Below are positions 9,381 through 20,042 of a stretch of DNA of 61,820 bases, piece by piece. Position 1 is the stretch's first letter. Each line of letters begins with the position of its first letter. The stretch is from Natronomonas sp. (GTDB lineage Archaea; Halobacteriota; Halobacteria; Halobacteriales; Haloarculaceae). Below the pieces are notes generated by a model. The model made no database searches. It worked only from the letters and a program-made list of their open reading frames with translations, and was not told the DNA's origin. The stretch is taken from positions 1-61,820 of the forward strand of contig NZ_JAZKTR010000001.1 in NCBI RefSeq assembly GCF_036625485.1. Reading direction: 5' to 3'. A program made the translations under genes and the position numbers.

Positions 9381-11633
9381 ATGGCTGTACTCTGGCTGGA
9401 CGAAATCGGGTCCGACGACCTCGGGGCGGTCGGCGGCAAGGGCGCATCCCTCGGCGAAATGACGGCCGCGGGACTGCCCGTTCCGCCCGGTTTCGTAGTC
9501 ACCGCGCAGACCTACCGAACGTTCATCGAGGAGACCGGCATCGACGACGAGCTGTTCGAGGCAGTCGACGTCGATTCCGAGGATTCCGCCGCGCTGGCCG
9601 AGGCCGAGGCCACCGCCAAGGAACTCATCCTCGAGACGGAACTACCCGAACCGGTCCGTGAGGACATCCTCGCGTCCTACGACGACCTCGACGACGGCGA
9701 GGCCTTCGTCGCCGTCCGGTCGTCGGCGACCGCCGAGGACCTGCCCGACGCCTCCTTTGCGGGCCAACAGGAGACCTTCCTCAACATCACCCGTGAGGAC
9801 CTCGTCGACCGCGTCAAGCGCTGCTGGGCGTCGCTTTTCACCCAGCGTGCGATCTACTACCGCAACGAGCAGGGCTTCGAACACGACGTCGTCGACATCG
9901 CCGTCGTCGTCCAGAAGATGGTCGACGCCGAGAAGTCGGGCGTCATGTTCACCTCCCATCCGTCGACCGGCGAGCCGAAGATCATCATCGAGGCCGCCTG
10001 GGGTCTCGGCGAGGCCGTCGTCTCCGGCTCGGTCTCCCCGGACAACTACGTCGTCGACCGCGAAAACGACGAGGTACTGGATGCGACCATCGCCGACAAG
10101 AAGACGATGATGCTCCGCGACGAGGAGACCGGCAAGACCGTCGAGCAGGAGGTCCCCGACGACCGACGGAACGCCCGCGTGCTCGACGACGACGAGATCG
10201 CGGACCTCGTCGACCTCGGCGAGCGTGCCGAGAACCACTACGACGAACCGCAGGACATCGAGTGGGCCATCGTCGACGGCGAGGTCTACATGCTGCAGTC
10301 CCGGCCGATCACGACGATCTCCGAGGACGCCACCGAGGAAACGGCGGCCACCGACGGCAACGGCGACCAACTCGTGCAGGGTCTCGGTGCCTCGCCCGGC
10401 ATCTCCTCGGGCCCCGTTCGTATCGTCCGCAAACTCGACCAGCTCGATAAGGTCAGCGAGGGCGACATCATCGTCACCGAGATGACGACGCCCGACATGG
10501 TGCCCGCGATGAAACGCGCAAGCGGCATCGTCACCGACGAGGGTGGCATGACCAGCCACGCCGCCATCGTCGCCCGTGAACTCGGTGCCCCCGCGATCGT
10601 CGGCGCCGGCAACGCCACCGAAGTCCTCGGTGACGGGCAGGTCGTCACCATCGACGGCGACAAGGGCTCGGTCACCGAAGGGGCGACCGAACCCGAAGAG
10701 GAGACAGACGCCGTCGAGGAGGTCCGCCCGCAGAGCCCGGTCAAGCCGATGACCGCGACCGAAGTGAAGGTCAACGTCTCCATCCCGGAGGCCGCCGAAC
10801 GCGCCGCCGCGACCGGCGCCGACGGCGTCGGCCTCCTGCGGACGGAGCACATGATCCTCTCGACGAACAAGACGCCCGAGCGCTACCTCGAAGACCACGG
10901 CAAGGACGCCTACATCGACGAGATCGTCGAGGGCGTCCGCGGCGTCGCCGACGAGTTCTATCCCCGCCCCGTTCGCGTTCGCACCCTCGACGCGCCGACC
11001 GACGAGTTCCGGCAACTCGAAGGCGGCGAGGACGAACCCCACGAGCACAACCCGATGCTCGGCTACCGTGGCATCCGTCGGAGCCTCGACCGACCGGACG
11101 TCTTCAAATACGAACTGGAGGCGTTCAACCGCCTGTTCGACATGGGCTACGACAACGTCGAGATCATGTTCCCGCTGGTCAACGACGCCGAGGACGTCCT
11201 TCGGGCGCGGAACCTGCTCGAAGAGGTCGGCATCGACCCCGAGAAGCGCCGCTGGGGCGTCATGATCGAGACGCCCGCCTCCGCGCTGACCATCGAGGAG
11301 ATGGCCGAGGAGGACATCGACTTCGCCTCCTTCGGCACGAACGACCTCACCCAGTACACGCTCGCTGTGGACCGCAACAACGAGCACGTCGCCGACCGCT
11401 TCGACGAACTCCACCCCGCGGTGCTGAAACTCATCGGCACCACCATCGAGACCTGCCGCGAACACGACATCGACACCTCGATTTGCGGACAGGCTGGCTC
11501 CAAGCCGCAGATGGTCCAGTTCCTCGTCGAGGAGGGCGTCTCCTCCATCTCGGCGAACATCGACGCCGTCCGCGACGTCCAACACGAGGTCAAGCGGAAA
11601 GAGCAGGAACTGTTGCTGGATTCGGTCCGCTAA
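9381..11633 (+). CDS. ppsA: Phosphoenolpyruvate synthase
   Basis: VGGKGASLGEM, AVRSSATAED, phospho-His GGMTSHAAIVAR, SFGTNDLTQ. Confidence 0.96.
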   Translation: MAVLWLDEIGSDDLGAVGGKGASLGEMTAAGLPVPPGFVVTAQTYRTFIEETGIDDELFEAVDVDSEDSAALAEAEATAKELILETELPEPVREDILASYDDLDDGEAFVAVRSSATAEDLPDASFAGQQETFLNITREDLVDRVKRCWASLFTQRAIYYRNEQGFEHDVVDIAVVVQKMVDAEKSGVMFTSHPSTGEPKIIIEAAWGLGEAVVSGSVSPDNYVVDRENDEVLDATIADKKTMMLRDEETGKTVEQEVPDDRRNARVLDDDEIADLVDLGERAENHYDEPQDIEWAIVDGEVYMLQSRPITTISEDATEETAATDGNGDQLVQGLGASPGISSGPVRIVRKLDQLDKVSEGDIIVTEMTTPDMVPAMKRASGIVTDEGGMTSHAAIVARELGAPAIVGAGNATEVLGDGQVVTIDGDKGSVTEGATEPEEETDAVEEVRPQSPVKPMTATEVKVNVSIPEAAERAAATGADGVGLLRTEHMILSTNKTPERYLEDHGKDAYIDEIVEGVRGVADEFYPRPVRVRTLDAPTDEFRQLEGGEDEPHEHNPMLGYRGIRRSLDRPDVFKYELEAFNRLFDMGYDNVEIMFPLVNDAEDVLRARNLLEEVGIDPEKRRWGVMIETPASALTIEEMAEEDIDFASFGTNDLTQYTLAVDRNNEHVADRFDELHPAVLKLIGTTIETCREHDIDTSICGQAGSKPQMVQFLVEEGVSSISANIDAVRDVQHEVKRKEQELLLDSVR

Positions 11634-11715
11634 GTTCCAGTCGGTAGGTCGGACCGCTTTTTCGGGCAGAACTCCCATCACGTCACTTTTATTCGCCGAC
11701 TCCCTGGTGTGGCCC

Positions 11716-12450
11716 ATGCGACGGGGTTTCGCGGCTGTTGCGTTGGTGTGTTTAGTCGCCCTTGCCGGGTGTTCGATGCTTCCCGGAACGTCCGACGGCG
11801 GAGCGCCCGGCGTCGAAGACGGCGAACTGACCGACTCCGAGGCGTTGCTCGACGCACACGTCGAGGAACTCACTGGGTCGGGGTATACCCACGAACTCAA
11901 CGTGAGTCAGCGAGTCAGCACCGGTGAGAACCGGACGGAATCCACGCGCCGCCAACGGACCAGCGTGGCGCCCGATGCCGCCGAATACCAGTTCCAACTG
12001 ATAAACGACGGACGTGCGTCGTCGCGATTCCTCGTCTGGGGCAACGAAACGGTCGAATATCAGAGCATCGAGGCGGGTGGAAGCCGCGAGTTCCGGCGCT
12101 CCGACCCCACGCCCCCCGAATCGCTGGCCGGGGCAACGCTCCTGGAATCGCACCTCACGGCGCCATACGAGGTCGAAGAGATCGAAGAACGCGATGGGCC
12201 CAACATCATCCATCTCCGTGCGACGGGCCGGCCGTCGGATGCGTCAGCGTTCCCCAACGAAGCGGCCGATATCAGCAACTACGAGGCGGAACTGGTCATC
12301 GACGAGCGGGGGCGCATCCTGGCCTTCGGCGCGCAGGCCGACTACCAACTGAACGGTGAACCCGCCGAGTATCGACTCGACTTCGAGGTCACGGCGACCA
12401 GCGACCCCGGCGTCGAACGGCCCGGATGGGTCGACGATCTCGAATCGTAG
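11716..12450 (+). CDS. Lipoprotein of unknown function
   Basis: [19 protein letters not shown] lipobox signal; acidic mature domain. Confidence 0.75.
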   Translation: MRRGFAAVALVCLVALAGCSMLPGTSDGGAPGVEDGELTDSEALLDAHVEELTGSGYTHELNVSQRVSTGENRTESTRRQRTSVAPDAAEYQFQLINDGRASSRFLVWGNETVEYQSIEAGGSREFRRSDPTPPESLAGATLLESHLTAPYEVEEIEERDGPNIIHLRATGRPSDASAFPNEAADISNYEAELVIDERGRILAFGAQADYQLNGEPAEYRLDFEVTATSDPGVERPGWVDDLES

Positions 12451-12560
12451 GGCGATACGATTCTTCTACGACTCGCTTTGCTTCGCCTCGCTCCGCGAGG
12501 CCCGAGGCGTGTTATCCGCAACCGCTACTGCTAAAAGTACGGACACGAATTCCGATACGT

Positions 12561-13613
12561 ATGCAGCGGGCCGAACCGCAGGATTTCAGCCGAGTGCTGT
12601 CGTCGATGTGTACCGAGCCACATCCGTCGGCCCGCAAGGCGGCCGAACGTTTCCTCGCGACCAACCCCGGCGACCCCGGCACCTACGAGACGGTCGCCAA
12701 ACTCGAACGCGAGGCCGTCGATATGCTCGGGGAGGTGGCCGGCCTGCCCGACGCGGCGGGCTACATCTCCTCGGGCGGCACCGAGGCCAACATCCAGGCG
12801 GTTCGCATCGCCCGCAACCGTGCCGACACCCGGAACCCCAACTTCGTCGCCCCGGCTTCCGCGCACTTCTCGTTCCGCAAGGCCGCGGACATCCTCGGCG
12901 TCGAGTTACGGACCGCACCGCTCGAAGATTACCGCGCGAACCTCGATGGCGTCGCCGAACTCATCGACGATGACACCATCCTCGTGGTCGGCGTCGCCGG
13001 CACCACTGAGTACGGCCGCGTCGACCCGATTCCCGCCCTGACGGATATGGCCAACGACGTCGACGCTCTCTGTCACGTCGACGCCGCGTGGGGCGGCTTC
13101 GTCCTCCCTTTCACTGCCCACGCGTGGAACTTCGACGACGCCGACATCGACACGATGACCATCGACCCCCACAAGATGGGGCAGGCGGCGGTACCTGCCG
13201 GCGGCCTGCTGGCCCGCGGCCCGGAACTGCTCGACGAACTCGCGATCGACACGCCGTATCTGGAATCCACCTCGCAGGTGACGCTGACCGGGACCCGGAG
13301 CGGCGCGGGCGTCGCAAGCGCCGTCGCCGCGATGGAGGAGTTGTGGCCGGAAGGCTACGAGGCCCAGTATCGGCGCTCCCAGACCAACGCCGACTGGCTG
13401 GCCGCGGAGGTCCGCTCACGCGGCTTCGACGTCGTCTCGCCCGTCCTCCCCATCGTCGCGATGGATTTCTCCCGCGACCGCATCGCCGAGCTACGGGACC
13501 GTGGCTGGCGCATCTCGCCGACCGAGAACGGCGAGGCTCGGGTCGTCTGTATGCCCCACGTCACCCGGCCGATGCTCCAGGAGTTCCTTTCGGACCTCGA
13601 CCGGTTGGCGTGA
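12561..13613 (+). CDS. mfnA: L-tyrosine/L-aspartate decarboxylase (PLP group II)
   Basis: [34 protein letters not shown]; start reassigned to MQRAEPQDF. Confidence 0.9.
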   Translation: MQRAEPQDFSRVLSSMCTEPHPSARKAAERFLATNPGDPGTYETVAKLEREAVDMLGEVAGLPDAAGYISSGGTEANIQAVRIARNRADTRNPNFVAPASAHFSFRKAADILGVELRTAPLEDYRANLDGVAELIDDDTILVVGVAGTTEYGRVDPIPALTDMANDVDALCHVDAAWGGFVLPFTAHAWNFDDADIDTMTIDPHKMGQAAVPAGGLLARGPELLDELAIDTPYLESTSQVTLTGTRSGAGVASAVAAMEELWPEGYEAQYRRSQTNADWLAAEVRSRGFDVVSPVLPIVAMDFSRDRIAELRDRGWRISPTENGEARVVCMPHVTRPMLQEFLSDLDRLA

Positions 13614-13627
13614 GTCGAATGGCCGGA

Positions 13628-13668
13628 TTCGACCGTTTAAACGTTCATAAACCGATTAAACGGTCGAA
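13628..13668. promoter_or_regulatory. Perfect 13-bp inverted repeat flanking a TATA-like element
   Basis: TTCGACCGTTTAA (13628-13640), 15-bp spacer containing TTCATAAA, then TTAAACGGTCGAA (13656-13668). Confidence 0.6.
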
Positions 13669-13713
13669 CGGTCTCGTCGGTTGAAGTCGGTTCGTCGTCT
13701 ACGACCGGGTACG

Positions 13714-13965
13714 ATGAAGCGAACGATATCGATCCTGTTTGCCGTGCTGGTGGTCGCGAGCGCCTTCGCCGCGCCCGTGGCCGCCCAGCCTGGCGGCAAC
13801 GTGGACGAGTGTCAGAACGCCGAGGAAGGGCCGAGCGGTGATGCGGGACCGCCGGGCTTCGTGAGCGGACTCCTCGATGGGGTCGCCGGGTTCCTCGGTG
13901 ACCTATTCAGTAACCTGCCGGTCCCGAACTTCGTGAAGGGCTTCTTCGGCGCCTCGACGTGTTGA
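13714..13965 (+). CDS. Small secreted peptide (83 aa) with amphipathic C-terminus
   Basis: Signal peptide MKRTISILFAVLVVASAFAAPVAA; two Cys in the mature part. Confidence 0.7.
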   Translation: MKRTISILFAVLVVASAFAAPVAAQPGGNVDECQNAEEGPSGDAGPPGFVSGLLDGVAGFLGDLFSNLPVPNFVKGFFGASTC

Positions 13966-14056
13966 CCGCACGACTGCGAACCCATCGGTAACCGGTACGT
14001 TGCCCCGGTCGACCCGACGCTCCAGACTTAAGTCCCCCGACGTACTGGGGCCATTC

Positions 14057-14980
14057 ATGAACCTGCTTTTGGGGGCACGGACCGGGGTCTTTCGGGGACG
14101 ACCCGAGGCGGTAGAGGCCCCCGTCCGCGTTCTCGATTGTGACCGGGTCCTCCGCGTTCGAGCGTTCGGACCACGGGTCTACGCGGCGACCCGCAGCGGC
14201 CTCTATCGCTCGCTGGACGGCGGCCGGTCGTGGAACCACATCGAGACGCCGCGGCCGGAGGTGTATTCGGTGCTGGAAGCCCCGGTCGGCGAACGGCTCT
14301 ACGTCGGCACGCACCCAGCCCACGTCTACGTCTCCGAGGACGCGGGCGAGTCGTGGGCCGAGTGTGAGACGTTTCAGGAACTCCCCTCCCGCGAGGAGTG
14401 GTACACGCCGCGACATCGGAACGAGTCCCACGTCCGGGCGTTGCGGTCGGCGGGCGGCGAGCGCATCGTCGCCGGCGTCGAGGTCGGCGGCGTCCATCTC
14501 AGCGAGGACGGTGGCGAGACGTGGACCGAGCGCCGACAGGGGGTACACGACGACGTCCATCACGTGCTGGTGCAGGACGCCGAGGAGTGGGTCGCCTCGA
14601 CGGGTACCGGGCTCTATCGGACGCGGGATTCGGGCCGGTCGTGGACGCGTCTCGACGGGGACCTCGACCGGCGGTACTTCCGCGAGGCCTTCTCTTACGA
14701 CGGCCGCCTCTATGCGGCCGCGACGGCTGGTCCACCGCCGACGTGGGACGGCCCGAAGGGAACCGACGCCGCCCTCTACGAGTCCTGTGACGGCGGCGAC
14801 ACGCTCGAACCCGTCGAATACGCGGGGGCGCCCGGCGAGTTCGTCCTCTCGTGGGCGGCGGCGGACGGGAACGTCTACGCGGGCACGACCGGCGGCCTCC
14901 TGCTCCGACGGGAACCGGATGGCTGGCTCGGCGCCGGGTCGATATCGGCCGAGATCGGGTCGCTTGCGGCCGTCGAATAG
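14057..14980 (+). CDS. BNR/Asp-box repeat beta-propeller protein
   Basis: Repeated SxDGGxxW Asp boxes (SLDGGRSW, SEDAGESW, SEDGGETW, TRDSGRSW). Confidence 0.85.
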   Translation: MNLLLGARTGVFRGRPEAVEAPVRVLDCDRVLRVRAFGPRVYAATRSGLYRSLDGGRSWNHIETPRPEVYSVLEAPVGERLYVGTHPAHVYVSEDAGESWAECETFQELPSREEWYTPRHRNESHVRALRSAGGERIVAGVEVGGVHLSEDGGETWTERRQGVHDDVHHVLVQDAEEWVASTGTGLYRTRDSGRSWTRLDGDLDRRYFREAFSYDGRLYAAATAGPPPTWDGPKGTDAALYESCDGGDTLEPVEYAGAPGEFVLSWAAADGNVYAGTTGGLLLRREPDGWLGAGSISAEIGSLAAVE

Positions 14981-15055
14981 AGGTCTCGCCGCTCGAACCC
15001 CGAAGGTGCGTCCCATAGCGGGACTGTTTTACCCCCGACGGACGGCATGTCGTGT

Positions 15056-17161
15056 ATGCACGAGGAGTTCCCTACCGACGACCCCGCGGTGGTCACCTGC
15101 GGGTTGCCGTACGCCAACGGCGACCTGCACGTCGGCCACCTGCGGACCTACGTCAGCGGTGACGCCTTCTCCCGGGCGCTGGACCGTGTCGGTCAGAACG
15201 TCGCCTTCGTCTGCGGCTCGGACATGCACGGCACGCCTATCGCCGTCAACGCCGCCGAGGAGGGCGTCGACCCCGAGGAGTTCGCGCTCGAGTACCACGA
15301 GCAGTACGAGGAGACGTTCCCGAAGTTCAACGTCGACTTCGACAACTACGGCCACACGCACGACGAGACGAACACCGAGGTGACACGGGAGTTCGTCCGC
15401 TCGTGGATCGACAACGACCACGTCGTCGAAAAGGAGATCGAGGTCGCCTGGGACGCCGAGGAAGACCAGCCGCTGCCGGACCGCTTCGTCGAGGGGACCT
15501 GTCCCTACTGCGGCGAGAAGGCCCGCGGCGACGAGTGTGACGAGGGCTGTCAGCGCCACCTCGAACCCGGCGAGATCGAAGACCCCGTCTCGACGATCAC
15601 GGGCAACCCCGCCGAGTACCGCACACGGCCGCACAAGTTCCTCCGCCTGTCGGACTTCCAGGACTACCTCAAGGCCTTCATCGACCGGCTTGAGGGCACC
15701 GAGAACGCCCAGAACCAGCCCCGTGAATGGATCGAGGGCGAACTGGAGGACCTCTGTATCACCCGCGACATGGACTGGGGAATCGATTATCCGGGCGATG
15801 GTGAGGAAGCCGAAGACCTCGTCCTCTACGTGTGGGTCGACGCGCCCATCGAGTACGTCTCCTCGACGAAGCAGTACTCCGAGCGGGTCGGCACCGAGGC
15901 CTTCGACTGGGAAGCCGCCTGGAAGAACCAGAGCGACGGCACGCCTCCTGAGGGTGGCGACCTCGTCCACATCATCGGCCACGACATCATCCAGCATCAC
16001 ACCGTCTTTTGGCCGGCCATGTTGCGGGGCGCCGACTACAACGAACCCCGCGCAGTCATGGCCTGTGGATTCGTCAACCTCGCCGGCAAGGCCTTCTCGA
16101 CCTCCCGGAATCGGGCGGTCTGGGCCGACGACTACATCGAGTCAGGCCTGCATCCCGACCTCTATCGGTACCACATCATCACCGGAAGCGAGTTCACCGC
16201 CGACGTGAACTTCTCGTGGGACGGCCTCCAGGAGCGCGTCAACAGCGAACTCGTGGGCACGCTCGGGAACTTCTGCTATCGCTCGCTGCTCTTCGCCGAG
16301 CGGAACTACGACGGCACGCCCGACACCGACGTCAGCGAGGGAGTCCGAGACCGCATCGAGGAGGCGATGGCCGAGTTCCGCGAGGCCATCAACGACTACC
16401 GGGTCCGCGGCCTCGGTCGTGCGCCGGTCGAACTCGCGAAGTTCGGCAACGAGTACATCCAGCAGCACGAACCCTGGAAGCTCACCGACGACGACCCCGA
16501 GAAAGCGGCGCAGGTCATCCGCGACTGCGTCCAGATCTCGAAGGCCGTCGCGGTCCTGATGGAACCCGTCCTGCCCGGCAAGGCCGAGGACCTCTGGAGC
16601 CAACTCGGCGAGGACGGCTCCGTCCACGAGGCGGACCTCGGCGATGCGCTTGCGGCACCGCCCGCCGAGTTCGACGACCCCGACGAACTCTTCGGCCAGA
16701 TCGAGGACGACCGCGTCGAGGAACTCAACGAGCAACTGGAGGAAAGCATCGCGGCCGCGGAGGAAGAAGCCGATGCCGAAACCGAAAGCGACGAGGAGGC
16801 CGCCGACGAGAGCGAGGATATGGACATCGAACCCATCAACGACGAACGGGTACGTTTCGAGGAGTTCCAGGACCTCGACCTCCGCGTGGCCGAAGTACTG
16901 TCGGCCGAACCCATCGAGGGCGCCGACAAACTCGCCAAACTGCAGGTCGACATCGGCGTCGAAGAACGGCAGATCGTGGCGGGTATCAAGCAACTCCACG
17001 ACCTCGATGAGCTTCCGGGAACGCGCATCGTCGTCGTCGCCAACCTCGAGAAGAACGAGCTGTTCGGCGTCGAATCCAATGGCATGCTGCTTGCGGCCGG
17101 CGAGGAGGCGGACCTCCTGACGACCCACGGTGACTCCGAACCGGGCACGAAGATCCGGTAG
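15056..17161 (+). CDS. metG: Methionine--tRNA ligase
   Basis: LPYANGDLHVGH (HIGH-like), Zn knuckle CPYC, YVWVDAP, KAFSTS, C-terminal tRNA-binding OB domain. Confidence 0.96.
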   Translation: MHEEFPTDDPAVVTCGLPYANGDLHVGHLRTYVSGDAFSRALDRVGQNVAFVCGSDMHGTPIAVNAAEEGVDPEEFALEYHEQYEETFPKFNVDFDNYGHTHDETNTEVTREFVRSWIDNDHVVEKEIEVAWDAEEDQPLPDRFVEGTCPYCGEKARGDECDEGCQRHLEPGEIEDPVSTITGNPAEYRTRPHKFLRLSDFQDYLKAFIDRLEGTENAQNQPREWIEGELEDLCITRDMDWGIDYPGDGEEAEDLVLYVWVDAPIEYVSSTKQYSERVGTEAFDWEAAWKNQSDGTPPEGGDLVHIIGHDIIQHHTVFWPAMLRGADYNEPRAVMACGFVNLAGKAFSTSRNRAVWADDYIESGLHPDLYRYHIITGSEFTADVNFSWDGLQERVNSELVGTLGNFCYRSLLFAERNYDGTPDTDVSEGVRDRIEEAMAEFREAINDYRVRGLGRAPVELAKFGNEYIQQHEPWKLTDDDPEKAAQVIRDCVQISKAVAVLMEPVLPGKAEDLWSQLGEDGSVHEADLGDALAAPPAEFDDPDELFGQIEDDRVEELNEQLEESIAAAEEEADAETESDEEAADESEDMDIEPINDERVRFEEFQDLDLRVAEVLSAEPIEGADKLAKLQVDIGVEERQIVAGIKQLHDLDELPGTRIVVVANLEKNELFGVESNGMLLAAGEEADLLTTHGDSEPGTKIR

Positions 17162-17243
17162 CGGTCGTCCTCCCTTTTAAACCCGCCAGCGACGCCTGCC
17201 GTATCCCGACAACCATTTGCGCGCGGTGCTGTTATGACCGGAT

Positions 17244-17456
17244 ATGAGCGACCGCGAGGACGCCGAGGAGTCGGCCGAGGACGTTGCGGACGAGGAGTGG
17301 GCCTTCACGCTCTCGGACCTCGAAGACCGCGAAGCGGCCGCAGAGGAGCGAATCCGCCCCATCGAGGCCAACACTCCGTCGCTCGAGGGGACCGTCTTCT
17401 TCCTGCTCGGCGTCGCCTTCGCCGTGTTCGTCATCTCGCGGCTCTTCGTGGGCTGA
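17244..17456 (+). CDS. Small acidic protein with one C-terminal TM helix
   Basis: Acidic N-terminus plus FFLLGVAFAVFVI hydrophobic segment. Confidence 0.7.
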   Translation: MSDREDAEESAEDVADEEWAFTLSDLEDREAAAEERIRPIEANTPSLEGTVFFLLGVAFAVFVISRLFVG

Positions 17457-17545
17457 TACGGCTCGTTACACCGAGTCGTATGAGGCCGCCGCGTTCGCGC
17501 GGATACCGTCCGAACCATTATCCTCTGGTAACCCCTAGAGCGGGT

Positions 17546-18118
17546 ATGGCGGAACTCTTCGGCTACTCGGTACCGTTCCTGCTGGTCCTCATCGGAGCGG
17601 TGCTGATGGTCATGGAGGCGTTTGCCCCCGGTGCCCACTTCATCGTCATCGGGCTCGCCCTGCTGACGGCGGGCCTCGTCGGGTTGGCCATCGGGCCCGC
17701 GCTCCCGACCGCCGTCCTGCCGCTGGTCCTTGCTGGCGTCGTCCTCGCCGCCGGCGGTGCCGCCCTCTACGTCTATCGAACGTTCGACTTCTACGGCGGG
17801 AAGGGCGCCGGCAAGACCTCGGATTCGTCGTCCCTGCGCGGCAAAACGGGCCGTGTGACCCAACGGGTCACGAAAGACGATGGGGAGATAAAACTGGACA
17901 GTGGCGGTTTCAACCCCTACTATCAGGCTCGGGCGATGGGCGGCGAGATCCCCGAAGGTGAGGAGGTGATGGTCGTCGACCCCGGCGGCGGCAACGTGGT
18001 CACCGTCGAATCCGTCTCGACCTTCGAGGACGATATCGACCGCGAACTCGCCGCCGACCGCCTGCAACAGGACCGCGAGTCCGACCGCGACGCCGACGGG
18101 GAACGCGACCCCGCCTGA
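17546..18118 (+). CDS. NfeD-family membrane protein (short form)
   Basis: Three TM segments (MEAFAPGAHFIVIG) plus OB domain LRGKTGRVT...GEEVMVVDPGGGNVVTV. Confidence 0.88.
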   Translation: MAELFGYSVPFLLVLIGAVLMVMEAFAPGAHFIVIGLALLTAGLVGLAIGPALPTAVLPLVLAGVVLAAGGAALYVYRTFDFYGGKGAGKTSDSSSLRGKTGRVTQRVTKDDGEIKLDSGGFNPYYQARAMGGEIPEGEEVMVVDPGGGNVVTVESVSTFEDDIDRELAADRLQQDRESDRDADGERDPA

Positions 18119-18166
18119 CTGCGGCGCGGTCGTCGTTCGACGCTCCGGTCCGGTTCGACGTGCTGG

Positions 18167-18733
18167 CTACTCGCCGCCGAGCGTCGCGACCAGGAGGAAC
18201 GTTTCGGGCCGGACTGCTTCGTGTTCGATCTCGAAGCCGTGCTCGCCGAGTGCGTCGGCCGCCTCTGCGGCGGTGAACCGTTCGTCGACCGGCGGGCCGT
18301 GCTCGCCGCTGCCCGTCGCGGCCCAATCGACGATGACGAGTCGTCCGTCGGAGGCCAGCACGCGGTCGATCTCGGCGATGGCCTCGTCGTTCGCGAACTC
18401 GTGGTAGGTCATCGTCGAGAAGGCGGCATCGAGGCTGTCGTCGGCGAACGGGAGGTCGCCCACGCCGCTGGTCACGGGTTCGACGTTCTCCGGGAGGCCC
18501 TTCTCCCGGTAGTAGTCGTGCATCTCTTCCTGTATGTCGACCGCGTACACCTCGTCGGCGTGTGGGGCGACCTCGTCGGTGTAGAAGCCGGTGCCGCTCC
18601 CGAGGTCGGCGACGGTGTCGGTCGCCTCGGGAGCGACGGCCCAGAGCAGTTCCTCCGCCGAGAGGAACCGGTACCGTCGGGCGGCGTCTTCGAGTCGGTC
18701 GGCGCCGGAGGCGTCGAAGGTGTGAAACCCCAT
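18167..18733 (-). CDS. Class I SAM-dependent methyltransferase (UbiE-like)
   Basis: VADLGSGTG, VDIQ, LPFADDSLD; start overlaps DUF302 stop. Confidence 0.88.
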   Translation of the reverse strand: MGFHTFDASGADRLEDAARRYRFLSAEELLWAVAPEATDTVADLGSGTGFYTDEVAPHADEVYAVDIQEEMHDYYREKGLPENVEPVTSGVGDLPFADDSLDAAFSTMTYHEFANDEAIAEIDRVLASDGRLVIVDWAATGSGEHGPPVDERFTAAEAADALGEHGFEIEHEAVRPETFLLVATLGGE

Positions 18734-19173
18734 TACAGGTTCCCGAAGGCGTCGTCGACGAGTTCGCCGGTCTCGGCGATGATGTCGGCTATCTCCTCGT
18801 CGTCGGGCGACATGCCGAGGAGACGGGCGATGCGCATGATGGAGACGTGGTAGACGCGCTGTTGGCCGGGCGCTTCCTCCCAGACGACGACGTTGCAGGG
18901 CATCAGCGCACCGAGGCGGTTGTCGGTGACGTCGAGCGCACGGTCGGCGACCGAGGGGTTGCAGGCGCCGAGGACGTAGTAGGGGTCCCGACCGGCGTCG
19001 ACCTTCTCGTTGAGCATCTCGGAGACGGAGAACTCGACGGGGATGCCGAATCCGGCGTCCGTAAAGGCCTCACGGACGTGTTCGATGGCTTCCTCGTGGC
19101 CCATCTCGAGGGTCGTCTGTTCTTCACCGATCTCGTCCGGGTCGATCTGCGAGGGGTCGATAGGGAGTGGCAT
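18733..19173 (-). CDS. DUF302-family protein
   Basis: YYVLGACNP...ALMPCNVVVWE motif pattern. Confidence 0.85.
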   Translation of the reverse strand: MPLPIDPSQIDPDEIGEEQTTLEMGHEEAIEHVREAFTDAGFGIPVEFSVSEMLNEKVDAGRDPYYVLGACNPSVADRALDVTDNRLGALMPCNVVVWEEAPGQQRVYHVSIMRIARLLGMSPDDEEIADIIAETGELVDDAFGNL

Positions 19174-19304
19174 TCCTGTAATATATTGGGTGCTTGCAGA
19201 AAAACCCTTTCGACACCGACACCGACGGTCACGGTCTGTGCTGGTCGAATCGGGCGGTCAACAACCACAAAGCCAATCAACGTCGATAGTATTCTTGTAC
19301 ATAA

Positions 19305-20042
19305 ATGGATAACGAGAGCAAGATTACTCGGCGACGGGCCCTCCTCGCCGGTGGGGCGACGACCGTCTTCGGCGGCGGTATCGCGTATCTCGCGTCCCGC
19401 TCCGAATCGAGCAGTCCGACGTACGTTCCCGAGTCCTCCCAGTCGAGCGACGGGACGACTGGCCTCGGTATCGAACTCGCCGGCCGGCCCGTCGCTGGCG
19501 ACGCCGATGCACCGGTCGATATCTACTACTGGACCGATTACCTCTGTCCCTTCTGCAAGAAGTTCGAGACGGAGACGCTTCCGGACATCGGTGAGAACTA
19601 CCTCGATACCGGGGAGGTGCGACTCGTCACGCTTCTGTATCCCAACATCGGGGAGTACTCGATGCCGGCGGCCGTCTGGAGCCGGTGTGTCTGGTCGCAG
19701 GTCGCCGACAGCAACCCGGCTGCCTTCTGGCGCTGGCACGAGGCGGCCTTCGACGAACAGGCGGAGTCCGGCAAGGACTGGGCCGACGAGGAGACCTTCC
19801 GGGGCGTCACCGAGCGAACGGACGGCGTCGCCGTCTCCGAGGTCGAGTCCTGCCGGCAGAACCGCGGCGAGGATATCCGTGCTTCCATCGAGCCGAACCT
19901 CGAGATCGCGCAGTCGGCAGGGATACAGGGCACGCCGGGCTTTCTCATCTACAATCGCGACTCGGAGGCGGCGGGCAAACTCGTCGGCGCCCACCCCTAC
20001 GAGAACTTCGAGAGCGCCATCGAGCAGGTTCGACAGGCATGA
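19305..20042 (+). CDS. DsbA/thioredoxin-fold protein with N-terminal twin-Arg-like anchor
   Basis: DYLCPFC active site, cis-Pro GTP, ITRRRALL signal. Confidence 0.88.
   Translation: MDNESKITRRRALLAGGATTVFGGGIAYLASRSESSSPTYVPESSQSSDGTTGLGIELAGRPVAGDADAPVDIYYWTDYLCPFCKKFETETLPDIGENYLDTGEVRLVTLLYPNIGEYSMPAAVWSRCVWSQVADSNPAAFWRWHEAAFDEQAESGKDWADEETFRGVTERTDGVAVSEVESCRQNRGEDIRASIEPNLEIAQSAGIQGTPGFLIYNRDSEAAGKLVGAHPYENFESAIEQVRQA

Noticed and set aside
9642-11900. 752-aa antisense ORF (likewise 2162-3586, 38536-40005, 49824-51299)
   Set aside because: Antisense shadows of well-supported genes, expected at this GC content and codon bias.
18119-18166. att site or target-site duplication at the block boundaries
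   Set aside because: No direct repeat shared with 40629-40709 could be found by eye.
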